24,000 nucleotides of DNA from an uncultured Anaeroplasmataceae bacterium (GTDB lineage Bacteria; Bacillota_I; Bacilli_A; Acholeplasmatales; Anaeroplasmataceae), in contig CAJTXR010000002.1 of assembly GCA_910584005.1 (NCBI GenBank), positions 83,681-107,680 of the forward strand, written 5' to 3'. The translations under genes were made by a program, and so were the position numbers. Below, piece by piece: positions 14,239 through 23,969 of this stretch (positions are counted from its first letter, which is position 1; every line of letters begins with the position of its first letter). The notes beneath the pieces are model-generated. The model made no database searches. It was not told where the DNA came from and was given only the letters and a program-made list of their open reading frames with translations.

Positions 14239-15114
14239 ATGATAAAAGGAAGCATTGTGGCATTAGTCACACCTTTTGATGAAGAAAATAAAATTAATTT
14301 TAAAGAAATTAAAAGATTATTAGATTATCATATTGAAAATAAAACAGATGGGGTTTTACTTTTAGGAACAACTGCTGAAGCAGAAAGTTTAAGCGATGAA
14401 GAACGATATTCTGTCGTTCGGTATGTATGTGAATATTTAGATCATCGTATACCGATAATGGTAGGAATCATCTCGAATAATACAAAAAAAGCTGTTTTAT
14501 TTGCTGATGCTTTAAAAGATCTCAGTATAGACAGTTATTTGGTAAGTGCTCCTTATTATGTGAAAAGCAATACCGAAGGATTAATTCGTCACTTCACGTA
14601 TATCGCGGATCATGTAAATCGACCGATTATTCTTTATAATGTTCCAAAAAGAAACGGATTTTCATTAGATGCTGAGGTTGTAAAAATATTATCCTATCAT
14701 AAAAACATTATTGGAATAAAAGAGGCATCAGGAGATTTTGCTTATCAAACAAAAATTTCCATGTTTTGTAATTCATCCTTTGTTTTATATGCTGCAGATG
14801 ATTTGACTTTGCTTCCATCTTTGTCCTTAGGGGCAGTAGGAGTTATTTCGGTAATAAATAATGCTTTTCCAAAAGAAATGAAAGTCATTGTCGATGCATA
14901 TGAAAAGGATAGACCTTTATCCAAATTAATGTATGAAAAAATTTTTCCTTTGACAGAAGATATATATGTTGAACCTTCTCCAATCCCAATAAAATATTTG
15001 TTATACATTATGGGGTTTCAAACTAGAAAAGTTCGATTGCCTTTAGCAGAACCTTCCCTTTCGTTAAGAAGAAAGTTAGAAGAAGATTATTTATTTTTAA
15101 TAAATGATGACTAA
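14239..15114 (+). CDS. dapA: 4-hydroxy-tetrahydrodipicolinate synthase (DapA/DHDPS family)
   Basis: VALVTPF, GTTAEAESLS (a variant of GTTGES), YNVPKRNG and GIKEASGD (Schiff-base Lys). No other lysine-pathway genes are nearby, so another DHDPS/NAL-family lyase specificity cannot be excluded. Confidence 0.75.
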   Translation: MIKGSIVALVTPFDEENKINFKEIKRLLDYHIENKTDGVLLLGTTAEAESLSDEERYSVVRYVCEYLDHRIPIMVGIISNNTKKAVLFADALKDLSIDSYLVSAPYYVKSNTEGLIRHFTYIADHVNRPIILYNVPKRNGFSLDAEVVKILSYHKNIIGIKEASGDFAYQTKISMFCNSSFVLYAADDLTLLPSLSLGAVGVISVINNAFPKEMKVIVDAYEKDRPLSKLMYEKIFPLTEDIYVEPSPIPIKYLLYIMGFQTRKVRLPLAEPSLSLRRKLEEDYLFLINDD

Positions 15115-15130
15115 ATACTTGTATTTTAAT

Positions 15131-15152
15131 GCTCTTTAAAGAGCTTTTTTCT
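15131..15152 (+). terminator. Rho-independent terminator after dapA
   Basis: Palindrome GCTCTTTAAAGAGC (15131-15144) followed by TTTTTT. Confidence 0.7.
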
Positions 15153-15234
15153 TTGAAAAAAGGAAAAAAGCTAAAACGTTTTCTCGAAAAACAGAAAAAA
15201 TAAAAAAAATTTGATTGGTTTGGTTTGTTGATTG

Positions 15235-15263
15235 TTGATAATTTTTGTTAAAAAGTTTATAAT
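15235..15263 (+). promoter_or_regulatory. Sigma-A promoter of the PFOR gene
   Basis: -35 TTGATA (15235-15240), 17-nt spacer, -10 TATAAT (15258-15263). AGGAGG RBS at 15293-15298. Confidence 0.55.
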
Positions 15264-15303
15264 AGAATCGTATAAAAAATTTTTATCTCATTAGGAGGAT
15301 ATT

Positions 15304-18300
15304 ATGAGTGAGAAAAAGAAAAGAATGGCGATAGATGGTAACTATGCTGCTGCATATTCATCTTATGCATTTACAGAAGTTGCTGGTATCTATCCAATTA
15401 CTCCATCATCCCCAATGGCGGAGTATACTGATGAATGGGCATCACAGGGTAAGAAAAACTTATTCGGAATGCCAGTCAGAGTTGTTGAAATGCAATCTGA
15501 AGGAGGAGCTGCTGGTACGGTTCATGGTTCTTTACAGGCAGGAGCTTTAACTACAACTTATACAGCATCACAGGGATTATTATTAAAGATTCCTAATATG
15601 TATAAGATTGCTGGGGAATGCTTACCTGGAGTAATCCATGTTTCAGCACGTACACTTGCTGCTCAATCTTTATCTATTTTCGGTGATCATCAGGATGTTA
15701 TGGCTTGCCGTCAAACTGGCTTTGCTATGCTATGCTCAGGATCTGTTCAAGAGGTTATGGATTTAGCTGGTGTTGCACATTTATCTGCAATTGAATCTAG
15801 TATTCCTTTCCTTCATTTCTTTGATGGTTTTAGAACTTCACATGAAGTAAATACAATTGAACCCATTGATTATGAAGTATTTGATAAGTTGTTAGATCGT
15901 GATGCAGTTGCTAAATTTAGAGCAAATGCTTTAAATCCTGCTCATCCTAAAACACGTGGTACTGCTCAAAATGATGATGTTTATTTCCAAACAAGAGAAT
16001 TACAAAATCATAAATATGAAGAGGTTTATCCAGTTGTAGAAAAATACATGAAGGCTATTTCTAAAGCAACTGGTCGTAAATATCAACCATTTAGTTATTA
16101 TGGAGCACCAGATGCAAAGAATGTGATTGTCGCTATGGGTTCTGTAACAGAATGTGCTGAGGAAGTTGTAGATTACTTATTAGCAAGAAAAGAAAAAGTA
16201 GGTTTATTAAAAGTTCATCTATATCGTCCATTTGTCGTAGATAAGTTCTTAAAGGCAATGCCTAAAACAGTAAAGAAAATTGCAGTTTTAGATCGTACAA
16301 TTGAACAAGGGGCATTATATGAACCTTTATGCTTAGATGTACAGGCTGCTTACTATGGTGCAAAAGAAGCTCCAATTATTGTTGGTGGTCGTTATGGTTT
16401 ATCTAGCAAAGATACAACCCCAGATATGATTAATGCCGTATATGCAAATCTAAAGAAAGCAAAACCAAAGGATCATTTCACTCTTGGTATTAATGATGAT
16501 ATTAAATATACCTCTTTAGATGTTACTGAAAAAATCGATGTTGCTGATCCTACAACTACAGAATTATTATTCTTTGGTTTAGGTTCTGATGGTACTGTTG
16601 GTGCTTGTAAAAATATTTCTAAGATTGTTGGAGATTATACAGAATTCTATTCTCAAAGCTATGCAGCTTATGACTCTAAGAAATCTGGTGGATCTACAAG
16701 ATTACATTTACGGTTCTCTAAGCATCCAATTCGTTCTACTTATTTAGTTAATCAACCACATTTCGTTTCTTGTTCATTAGATGCTTATCTTGATAAGTTT
16801 GATATGATTGCAGGTTTACGTGATGGTGGTACATTCTTATTAAATACTGTAGTAGATGCAAAGAATATTGAAAAGCGTTTGCCAAATCGGTATAAGAGAA
16901 TTTTAGCTCAAAAGCATGCGAAGTTCTATATTATTGCTGCAAATGCTGCCGCTAGAGAATGTGGATTCCGTCCAGGCTTAGGTGTAAATACAATTATGCA
17001 ATCTGCTTTCTTCAAATTAAATGAACAAATTATGGATTATGAAGAAGCAAAACAACATATGAAGGAATTTGCAACTAAGACATATTTAAGAAAAGGTCAA
17101 GAATTAGTAGATCAAAACCATAAGGCTATTGATATGGGTGGTACAAAACTTGTTGAAGTAGAAGTTAAACCTGAATGGGCTAATTTAGAAGATGAAGAAA
17201 AGAAAGTAGATATGAAGCGTCCAGCATTCGTAAGAGAAATTGCTGATGTTATTAACGCAATTAATGGAGATTCACTACCTTTATCTGCATTTGCTAAATT
17301 TGGGGATGACTGCCATATGCCACAGGGAACTGCTGCATATGAAAAGCGTGGTGTAGCTACAGATGTTCCTCTATGGAATTCTGAAAACTGTATTCAATGT
17401 AATCAATGTGCATTTGTATGTCCACATGCATGTATTCGTCCATTCTTATGTACAGAAGAAGAAGTTGCAAAGGCTCCTAAGGGTGCTCAATTCTTAGATG
17501 CAACTGGATTTAAAGGATATAAATATACATTACAAGTATCTACTTTAGATTGTACAGGTTGTGGTGTATGTTTAACTGTTTGTCCTGGTAAGAAAGTGAA
17601 AGATGAAACAGGTGCTTTAGTACAACGTCCTGCATTAACTTCTCATTCTATGGCAGAATCTAATAAAAATAAAGAAGCTAAAGTTTGTGAATACTTCTAT
17701 AATAAGGTAAGCTATAAGGGCGATGTTGCAGGAACTGCAAACGCAAAGAATGTTCAATTCTCTAAGCCTTTATTTGAATTCTCTGGTGCTTGTGGTGGAT
17801 GTGGAGAAACTCCTTATGTTAAAGCTGTATCTCAATTATTTGGTGATCGTATGATGGTTGCTAACGCAACAGGTTGTACTTCAATTTATTCTGGTTCTTA
17901 TCCATCTAGCCCTTATACTACAAACGCAGAAGGCCATGGTCCTGCTTGGGCAAACTCTTTGTTTGAAGACAATGCTGAATTTGGATTTGGTATGAGAATG
18001 GCTGTTGAAACATTACGTGATCGTATTCAAACGGTTATGGCATTAAATATGGATGAAATGCCTGCGGATGCTAAGACACTTTGTCAATCTTGGATAGAGA
18101 ATAGAACATCCGGGTCTAAGACAAAAGAATTAGCTCCAAAAATTGTTGCAGCTATGGAAGCAATTGATGCACCATATGCAAAAGAAATTCTATCTTTAAA
18201 AGATTATTTAGTTAAGGTAAGTCAATGGATTATCGGTGGTGATGGTTGGGCTTATGATATTGGATATGGTGGACTTGACCATGTTATCGCAAATAACCAA

Positions 18301-18882
18301 GATGTTAATATTTTAGTTGTAGATACAGAAGTTTATTCTAATACTGGTGGTCAAGCATCTAAATCTTCTAGAACTGGTGCTATTGCAAAGTTTGCTGCTG
18401 CTGGTAAACCTACATTTAAAAAGGATTTAGCTTCTATTGCTATGTCTTATGGTCATGTTTATGTTGCAACTGTTTCTCATGGTTACAATCAAAATCAAGT
18501 AATAAAAGCGTTAAAAGAAGCAGAAGCATATGATGGTCCATCTATTGTAATTTGTTACTCTCCTTGTATTGCTCATAATATTAAAAAAGGTTTATTCATG
18601 AGTCAAATGGAGGCTAAGAAGGCTACTGAATGTGGATATTGGCCAACTTTCAGATATAATCCGGATTTAGCTAAGGAAGGTAAGAATCCATTCCAAATGG
18701 ATTCTAAAGAACCAGATTGGTCTAAATATAATGATTTCTTAATGAATGAAGGTCGTTATGCTCAATTGGTTAAGATTAATCCAGAAAAGGCTCAAGAATT
18801 ATTAGAATCTAACTTAAAGGATGCTCAAAAGCGTTTTGCAAACTATACACGTTTAGCAAATATGGAATATCCAAATAAGTAA
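15304..18882 (+). CDS. nifJ: Pyruvate:ferredoxin (flavodoxin) oxidoreductase, single-polypeptide NifJ/PFOR type
   Basis: 1192 aa. N-terminal MAIDGNYAAAYSSYAFTEVAGIYPITPSS. Two ferredoxin-type motifs, CIQCNQCAFVCP and CTGCGVCLTVCP. TPP-binding GGDGWAYDIGYGGLDH. Confidence 0.95.
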   Translation: MSEKKKRMAIDGNYAAAYSSYAFTEVAGIYPITPSSPMAEYTDEWASQGKKNLFGMPVRVVEMQSEGGAAGTVHGSLQAGALTTTYTASQGLLLKIPNMYKIAGECLPGVIHVSARTLAAQSLSIFGDHQDVMACRQTGFAMLCSGSVQEVMDLAGVAHLSAIESSIPFLHFFDGFRTSHEVNTIEPIDYEVFDKLLDRDAVAKFRANALNPAHPKTRGTAQNDDVYFQTRELQNHKYEEVYPVVEKYMKAISKATGRKYQPFSYYGAPDAKNVIVAMGSVTECAEEVVDYLLARKEKVGLLKVHLYRPFVVDKFLKAMPKTVKKIAVLDRTIEQGALYEPLCLDVQAAYYGAKEAPIIVGGRYGLSSKDTTPDMINAVYANLKKAKPKDHFTLGINDDIKYTSLDVTEKIDVADPTTTELLFFGLGSDGTVGACKNISKIVGDYTEFYSQSYAAYDSKKSGGSTRLHLRFSKHPIRSTYLVNQPHFVSCSLDAYLDKFDMIAGLRDGGTFLLNTVVDAKNIEKRLPNRYKRILAQKHAKFYIIAANAAARECGFRPGLGVNTIMQSAFFKLNEQIMDYEEAKQHMKEFATKTYLRKGQELVDQNHKAIDMGGTKLVEVEVKPEWANLEDEEKKVDMKRPAFVREIADVINAINGDSLPLSAFAKFGDDCHMPQGTAAYEKRGVATDVPLWNSENCIQCNQCAFVCPHACIRPFLCTEEEVAKAPKGAQFLDATGFKGYKYTLQVSTLDCTGCGVCLTVCPGKKVKDETGALVQRPALTSHSMAESNKNKEAKVCEYFYNKVSYKGDVAGTANAKNVQFSKPLFEFSGACGGCGETPYVKAVSQLFGDRMMVANATGCTSIYSGSYPSSPYTTNAEGHGPAWANSLFEDNAEFGFGMRMAVETLRDRIQTVMALNMDEMPADAKTLCQSWIENRTSGSKTKELAPKIVAAMEAIDAPYAKEILSLKDYLVKVSQWIIGGDGWAYDIGYGGLDHVIANNQDVNILVVDTEVYSNTGGQASKSSRTGAIAKFAAAGKPTFKKDLASIAMSYGHVYVATVSHGYNQNQVIKALKEAEAYDGPSIVICYSPCIAHNIKKGLFMSQMEAKKATECGYWPTFRYNPDLAKEGKNPFQMDSKEPDWSKYNDFLMNEGRYAQLVKINPEKAQELLESNLKDAQKRFANYTRLANMEYPNK

Positions 18883-18893
18883 AAAAAGTGGTG

Positions 18894-18927
18894 AAAAAAC
18901 TGCTTGGGTAAAACCAGCAGTTTTTTT
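18894..18927 (+). terminator. Rho-independent terminator after PFOR
   Basis: AAAAAA + CTGCTTGG (18900-18907), loop GTAAAA, CCAGCAG (18914-18920, one bulged T), then TTTTTTT. Confidence 0.8.
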
Positions 18928-18940
18928 CTTTTTCTTTTTA

Positions 18941-18949
18941 TGGTAAAAT
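18941..18949 (+). promoter_or_regulatory. Extended -10 element upstream of pcp
   Basis: TGGTAAAAT (18941-18949). It lies inside the long track ORF starting at 18904, supporting the ATG at 18976 as the true start. Confidence 0.3.
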
Positions 18950-18975
18950 ATATTGGGAAGGAAAAGAGGGATTAT

Positions 18976-19569
18976 ATGAAAATACTTCTAACAGGCTTTT
19001 CAACCTTTGGTCCACATGAAAATAATCCTACAAGTATTTTAATACAGGAACTGAGAAACAGAAGAAATGAAAATATAGAAATTCTACAACTAGATGTAGG
19101 TTATGAACAAGATGGGAAAACGGTAGTAGAAAAAATTAAAGAAATAGAACCTGATATAGTGCTTTCTTTTGGGTTGGCAGGAGGAAGATATAAAGTATGC
19201 TTTGAGGCGATTGCATTAAATGTAAGAAGTAGTTTAATAACCGATAATCAAGGGATGCTTTGCAGTCATCAAAAAATTGGAAATGGACCTTTAGCTTATG
19301 AATCTACAATAAACTATAAAGAGTTAGAGAAAAGTCTTTCTTTAGAAGATTTTGCCATATCTTATCATGCAGGAACCTTTGTATGCAATGATGTATACTA
19401 TCAAGAATTAGAATATATAAATTTGAATCATTTAAATATTCAATGTGGATTTATTCATATTCCTTATGTGGAAGAATTTGCAAAGCAAATCCCTTCTATA
19501 AAATGGGAAAGATTAATCGACATAACCATGAGAATCATAGATAAAATTTTGGAGGAATATAATGTTTAA
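18976..19569 (+). CDS. pcp: Pyroglutamyl-peptidase I (C15 family)
   Basis: MKILLTGFSTFGPHENNPTS. Catalytic-triad contexts are CFEAIALN (Glu), AGTFVCNDVYY (Cys) and GFIHIPY (His). ATG at 18976 follows AAGAGGG. Confidence 0.9.
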   Translation: MKILLTGFSTFGPHENNPTSILIQELRNRRNENIEILQLDVGYEQDGKTVVEKIKEIEPDIVLSFGLAGGRYKVCFEAIALNVRSSLITDNQGMLCSHQKIGNGPLAYESTINYKELEKSLSLEDFAISYHAGTFVCNDVYYQELEYINLNHLNIQCGFIHIPYVEEFAKQIPSIKWERLIDITMRIIDKILEEYNV

Positions 19570-20395
19570 AATTGGATGTCATTTATCCATTGCGAATGGA
19601 TTTTTAAAAGCAGGAAAAAATATAGTTGCACTTGGAGGAAATACTTTTCAGTATTTTTCTAGAAACCCACAAGGAGGACAAGCACGCCCTTGGGATCAAG
19701 GAGATTTTGATGGATTCATGGAATATGCATCAGTTGTTGGAATTGAAGGGTTATTATGTCATGCTCCTTACACTTTAAATGCTTGTTCGGCAAATCCTCA
19801 AACAAGAGAATTTGCAAGAATGGTATTTAAATCAGATATTATTATGTTAGAACATTTTCCGAATGCTTTATATAATTTTCATCCTGGAAGTCATACAGGT
19901 CAGGGTGTAGAAGAAGGGATTCGTCAAATTGTTGAAATTTTAAATGAAGTTATTTATCCTGAAATGAAAACGACAATTTTATTAGAAACTATGGCTGGTA
20001 AAGGTAGTGAAATTGGTAGAAGTTTTGAAGAGATTGCCGAGATTATCCGCAGGGTAGATTATAAAGAAAAATTGGGGGTCTGCTTAGATACCTGTCATGT
20101 TTATTCCGCAGGATATGATATCGTAAATCATTTAGATGAAGTATTAGAGGAATTTGATGCAATTATTGGATTAGAACGATTAAAAGCGATTCACTTGAAT
20201 GATTCTAAAATGCCTTTTGCTTCTAATAAGGATCGTCATGAAAAGATAGGCCAGGGTACAATTGGTTTAGAAGCAATCTTACGAATTATTAATCATCCAA
20301 GACTAAAGGACTTGCCTTTTTATCTTGAAACGCCAAATGAAGATGAGGGATATCAAAAAGAAATTGAACTTTTGAAAAAATGTCGAAAGTACTAA
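19562..20395 (+). CDS. nfo: Deoxyribonuclease IV / AP endonuclease IV (Nfo, TIM-barrel xylose-isomerase-like)
   Basis: MFKIGCHLSIANGF, HAPYTLN, NFHPGSH, LLETMAGKG, LDTCHVYSAGYD, AIHLNDSK, DRHEKIGQG and YLETP. These are typical Nfo metal-ligand blocks. The gene overlaps the pcp stop by 8 nt. Confidence 0.9.
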   Translation: MFKIGCHLSIANGFLKAGKNIVALGGNTFQYFSRNPQGGQARPWDQGDFDGFMEYASVVGIEGLLCHAPYTLNACSANPQTREFARMVFKSDIIMLEHFPNALYNFHPGSHTGQGVEEGIRQIVEILNEVIYPEMKTTILLETMAGKGSEIGRSFEEIAEIIRRVDYKEKLGVCLDTCHVYSAGYDIVNHLDEVLEEFDAIIGLERLKAIHLNDSKMPFASNKDRHEKIGQGTIGLEAILRIINHPRLKDLPFYLETPNEDEGYQKEIELLKKCRKY

Positions 20396-20467
20396 AAAAT
20401 TGTGTTGATTTTTCCTTTTCAACGAAGCGATTTATATTTATAATAAATATGAAAAGCTGGTGAGAGT

Positions 20468-22213
20468 ATGTTTAAATTTATTAAAAGCCTATGGTGGTTT
20501 ATTTCTAAAAACTGGTATCGATATCTTAGCATTGTTTTTGTGGGAATTCTTTTTCCTATCCTAAATTTAGTTCCCGGCTTTATTGTTAAGATTTTAATTG
20601 ATGCAGTAAAAAATGAGGAAATCACTTTGGCTTTTTTATTTTATAAAATCATATTGCCATATCTTGGTACAATGCTTACGATTTATCTAGTTACGACTAC
20701 AAAACGTGTGCTTCAAAATCGTTTAAAGGTTCGCTTATACTATGCTTTACAAGTTCGATACATGGAGAATATATTAGTACAAGATGCAACCTTTTTTGAA
20801 AAGTTTCAATCTGGAGATTTATTGACAAGAGCATTGGGTGATGTCAAAAGTGTAAATTTTAGTGGTGGGAACCGCCTTATTAATATGTTTTTGGAGTTTA
20901 TGACTGTTGTCGTAACTTTAGTGGCGATGATGCTCATTCATCCAATTCTTGCAATTCTATGTTTTCTTCCACTTAGTTTAATTTTTGTTACCAATTTACT
21001 CCTTAAACGAAAAGTGAAAAGAAATTGGCAATTGGTTCGTGAAAAATCTTCTTTGATGGGGAATGTCATTTTAGAAAGTATCACAAATGTAAGAACTATA
21101 CGTGCCTTCTCAAAGGAAGAAGAAAATTACCAAAAAAATTTAAAATATTCTAAGGATACATATGAAATTGAAAAGGCTAATCTTAAGATTAATGTAATCT
21201 TCCAGCCGATGTTTCAATCAATTGTTGCTGTAGCAACGATTATTGCCTATGGTTTAGGAGCCTATTATTGTTATCAAAACTATATAGATGTAAGTGAATT
21301 AGCTCAATTTATTTTATATTTAAATTTATTTCAAGCTCCACTAACAAATATTGGTAATATGATTAATAATTTTTATCAATCCTTAATATCTGCAGATCGG
21401 ATTAATGAAATTTATGATGCCAAAAGTAGTGTTGTGGATAAAAAGAATGAAGACCTTCAAGAAATCAAAACAATTGAATTTAAAAATTTTTCATTTCGAT
21501 ATTTTGGAGATACAGAAGATGTATTAAAAAACATTGACTTGAAAATTGAAGAAGGACAAACCCTAGGAATTGTTGGTAAGACAGGAAGTGGAAAGTCAAC
21601 TTTAGTTCGCCAACTTGTTCGTCAACTTCCAATTGAAGAAGGTACGCTTTTTATTAATGGTGAAGAGATTGAAGATTATAACCAAAATAATGTACGTAGT
21701 CATATTGGGTATGTTCCTCAAGAACATATGCTATTTTCCAGGTCTGTAATGAAAAATGTTTTGTTAGGAGATTCAAGTGCTAGTTTAGAAGAAGTGAATG
21801 AAGCAGTGGTAATGGCCGATTTTGAAAAGGATATTGCTGAACTAGTTGATGGATATGATACAGTTGTAGGTGAGTATGGAGTGACTTTGTCGGGTGGACA
21901 AAAACAAAGACTGGCAATCGCTCGAGCATTTTTAAAAAATGCAGATGTGTTAGTTTTAGATGATTCTTTATCCGCTGTAGATGGTAAAACAGAAGCAAAT
22001 ATTATCCATTCTTTAAATCAATATCGTAAGAATAGGACAAACATCATTGTAGCTCATCGGTTATCTGCAGTTATGCATGCGAATTTAATTATCGTTTTAG
22101 ATCAAGGAAAAATTGTAGAACGAGGAACCCATGAAGAATTGATGGAATTAAAGGGATGGTATTATGAACAATTTTTAGCTCAAGCAATGGAAGAAGGTGA
22201 AGAACATGCGTAA
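20468..22213 (+). CDS. ABC exporter half-transporter (TMD-NBD), the subunit with a non-catalytic Walker B
   Basis: Six-helix TMD. Walker A GKTGSGKST, Q-loop VPQEHMLF, canonical signature LSGGQKQR, Walker B VLVLDD followed by D instead of the catalytic E (GAT GAT at 21959-21964), and H-loop VAHRLS. Confidence 0.9.
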   Translation: MFKFIKSLWWFISKNWYRYLSIVFVGILFPILNLVPGFIVKILIDAVKNEEITLAFLFYKIILPYLGTMLTIYLVTTTKRVLQNRLKVRLYYALQVRYMENILVQDATFFEKFQSGDLLTRALGDVKSVNFSGGNRLINMFLEFMTVVVTLVAMMLIHPILAILCFLPLSLIFVTNLLLKRKVKRNWQLVREKSSLMGNVILESITNVRTIRAFSKEEENYQKNLKYSKDTYEIEKANLKINVIFQPMFQSIVAVATIIAYGLGAYYCYQNYIDVSELAQFILYLNLFQAPLTNIGNMINNFYQSLISADRINEIYDAKSSVVDKKNEDLQEIKTIEFKNFSFRYFGDTEDVLKNIDLKIEEGQTLGIVGKTGSGKSTLVRQLVRQLPIEEGTLFINGEEIEDYNQNNVRSHIGYVPQEHMLFSRSVMKNVLLGDSSASLEEVNEAVVMADFEKDIAELVDGYDTVVGEYGVTLSGGQKQRLAIARAFLKNADVLVLDDSLSAVDGKTEANIIHSLNQYRKNRTNIIVAHRLSAVMHANLIIVLDQGKIVERGTHEELMELKGWYYEQFLAQAMEEGEEHA

Positions 22214-23969
22214 AAAGGAAACAGTTTATTCAAAATCAACCTTATTTAAAAAGACATTACCTTATATCTTGAAGGAAAAATGGTTAGTGTTACTTGCTTT
22301 TGTGCTATCCATAGGAGTAGCTGTTTTAACGACGATTTCTCCATTACTTACAAAAAAAATTCTAGATGAGTTTATTGCGATTCAAGCAACAAATAAAATC
22401 ATTGAGTACTTAATTATTTATTTTGTTTTAATCATCATTGTAGTTATTATGCGATATTTTTTGCAATATGTTCAAACTTTAACAGGAATGCATATTGAAA
22501 AAAATTTAAGGGAAGATGCAATTCGTAAAATTGATTATTTACCTGTGGACTACTATTCTTTAGAACCAGATGGAAAGATTGTTGCTAAAATAACATCTGA
22601 TAGTAATGGGGTTCGTACATTTTATATGACCATGTTTTCTATAATAAATGCTTTATTAAATATTTGTATAGTTTACGTAGGTTTAATTTTATTAGAACCA
22701 ATGCTAGGATTAATCATCTTAGCTGTGGTACCAGTAATCCTAATATGGATTACAATATACCGTAAGAAAGTTCATGGATATTATTTAGATTTAAGAGAAA
22801 CAGGCTCGAGAATTACGGGTAAATTAAATGAATTAATCAGTGGGGCTTTAATTATTCAAGATTTTAATCAAGAAGAAAATATGATGGATGAGTATAAAGA
22901 ATTGGTAAATCGGTATAATTATAATGACGTTAAAGCGAATACAATTAATATTTACTTTGGATGGGAATTGTTAGTTATCGTCCGCCGTTTAGCTGAAACA
23001 GGAATTCTATTTTATTTAGGCTTCCAAGCTACTCAAATTGGAGGTATTGTTGTTACAGCGGGATTAATTACAACCTTTTTAGATTATCTTGCTCGAATGA
23101 TTAACCCAATCAATGCGATTTTTAATAATTTAAACGAATTAGAGGATTCTTTAGTTGCCGCAAATCGTGTGTTTATGTTTATGGATGAGGATAATGATAC
23201 AAGAGTATTAGATGGTGAAGAAGCACCTGAAGAAATTATTGGTGCGGTTGAATTTGAGCATATTAAATTTGCATATATAGATGATAATTATGTTTTAAAG
23301 GATTTATCTTTAAAGGTAGAAGCTGGCAAGAAAATTGGTATCGTTGGTCATACAGGGAGTGGTAAGTCTTCTTTAATGAATTTATTATTAGGATACAATG
23401 ATTACCAAGAAGGTAGACTTTTAGTAGATGGAGTAGATATTAAAACGTATAATAAAGCCTCCTACCGGAAGAACTTAGGAATTGTATTGCAAACTCCTGC
23501 TTTATTCGCTGGAACGATTCGTTCTAATGTAACAATGGAACGGGATATTTATACCGATGAAGAAATAACAAAGGTCATTGAAGAAGTTGGAGCGGGATAT
23601 ATGCTATCTAAAAATGAACTTGGACTAGATACACCGATATCTTTTAGAGGGGAAAACTTATCCTTAGGGGAAAAACAACTTTTATCTTTTGCTCGTATTT
23701 TGTTACGCAAACCTAAAATATTAGTTCTAGATGAAGCTACTGCTAATATTGATAGTGAAACGGAAATTAAAATCAAGCAGGCTATGGATGTTGTAGCTAA
23801 GGGAAGAACTACTTTTATTATTGCTCACCGGCTTTCAACAATTAAGGATGCGGATGAAATTGTGGTTTTAGATCATGGAGAAATTGTGGGGAAGGGAAGT
23901 CATAGTTCTTTATATCAGGAATGTCCGATTTATAAAGATATGTATGATTCACAATTTGAACAAAAATAA
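22206..23969 (+). CDS. ABC exporter half-transporter (TMD-NBD), the subunit with a degenerate signature motif
   Basis: ATG at 22206 follows GAAGGTGA and overlaps the upstream stop by 8 nt; the track start at 22197 is a GTG. Walker A GHTGSGKSS, Walker B ILVLDEAT (catalytic E present), degenerate signature LSLGEKQ (23658-23678), H-loop IAHRLS. Confidence 0.9.
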   Translation: MRKKETVYSKSTLFKKTLPYILKEKWLVLLAFVLSIGVAVLTTISPLLTKKILDEFIAIQATNKIIEYLIIYFVLIIIVVIMRYFLQYVQTLTGMHIEKNLREDAIRKIDYLPVDYYSLEPDGKIVAKITSDSNGVRTFYMTMFSIINALLNICIVYVGLILLEPMLGLIILAVVPVILIWITIYRKKVHGYYLDLRETGSRITGKLNELISGALIIQDFNQEENMMDEYKELVNRYNYNDVKANTINIYFGWELLVIVRRLAETGILFYLGFQATQIGGIVVTAGLITTFLDYLARMINPINAIFNNLNELEDSLVAANRVFMFMDEDNDTRVLDGEEAPEEIIGAVEFEHIKFAYIDDNYVLKDLSLKVEAGKKIGIVGHTGSGKSSLMNLLLGYNDYQEGRLLVDGVDIKTYNKASYRKNLGIVLQTPALFAGTIRSNVTMERDIYTDEEITKVIEEVGAGYMLSKNELGLDTPISFRGENLSLGEKQLLSFARILLRKPKILVLDEATANIDSETEIKIKQAMDVVAKGRTTFIIAHRLSTIKDADEIVVLDHGEIVGKGSHSSLYQECPIYKDMYDSQFEQK

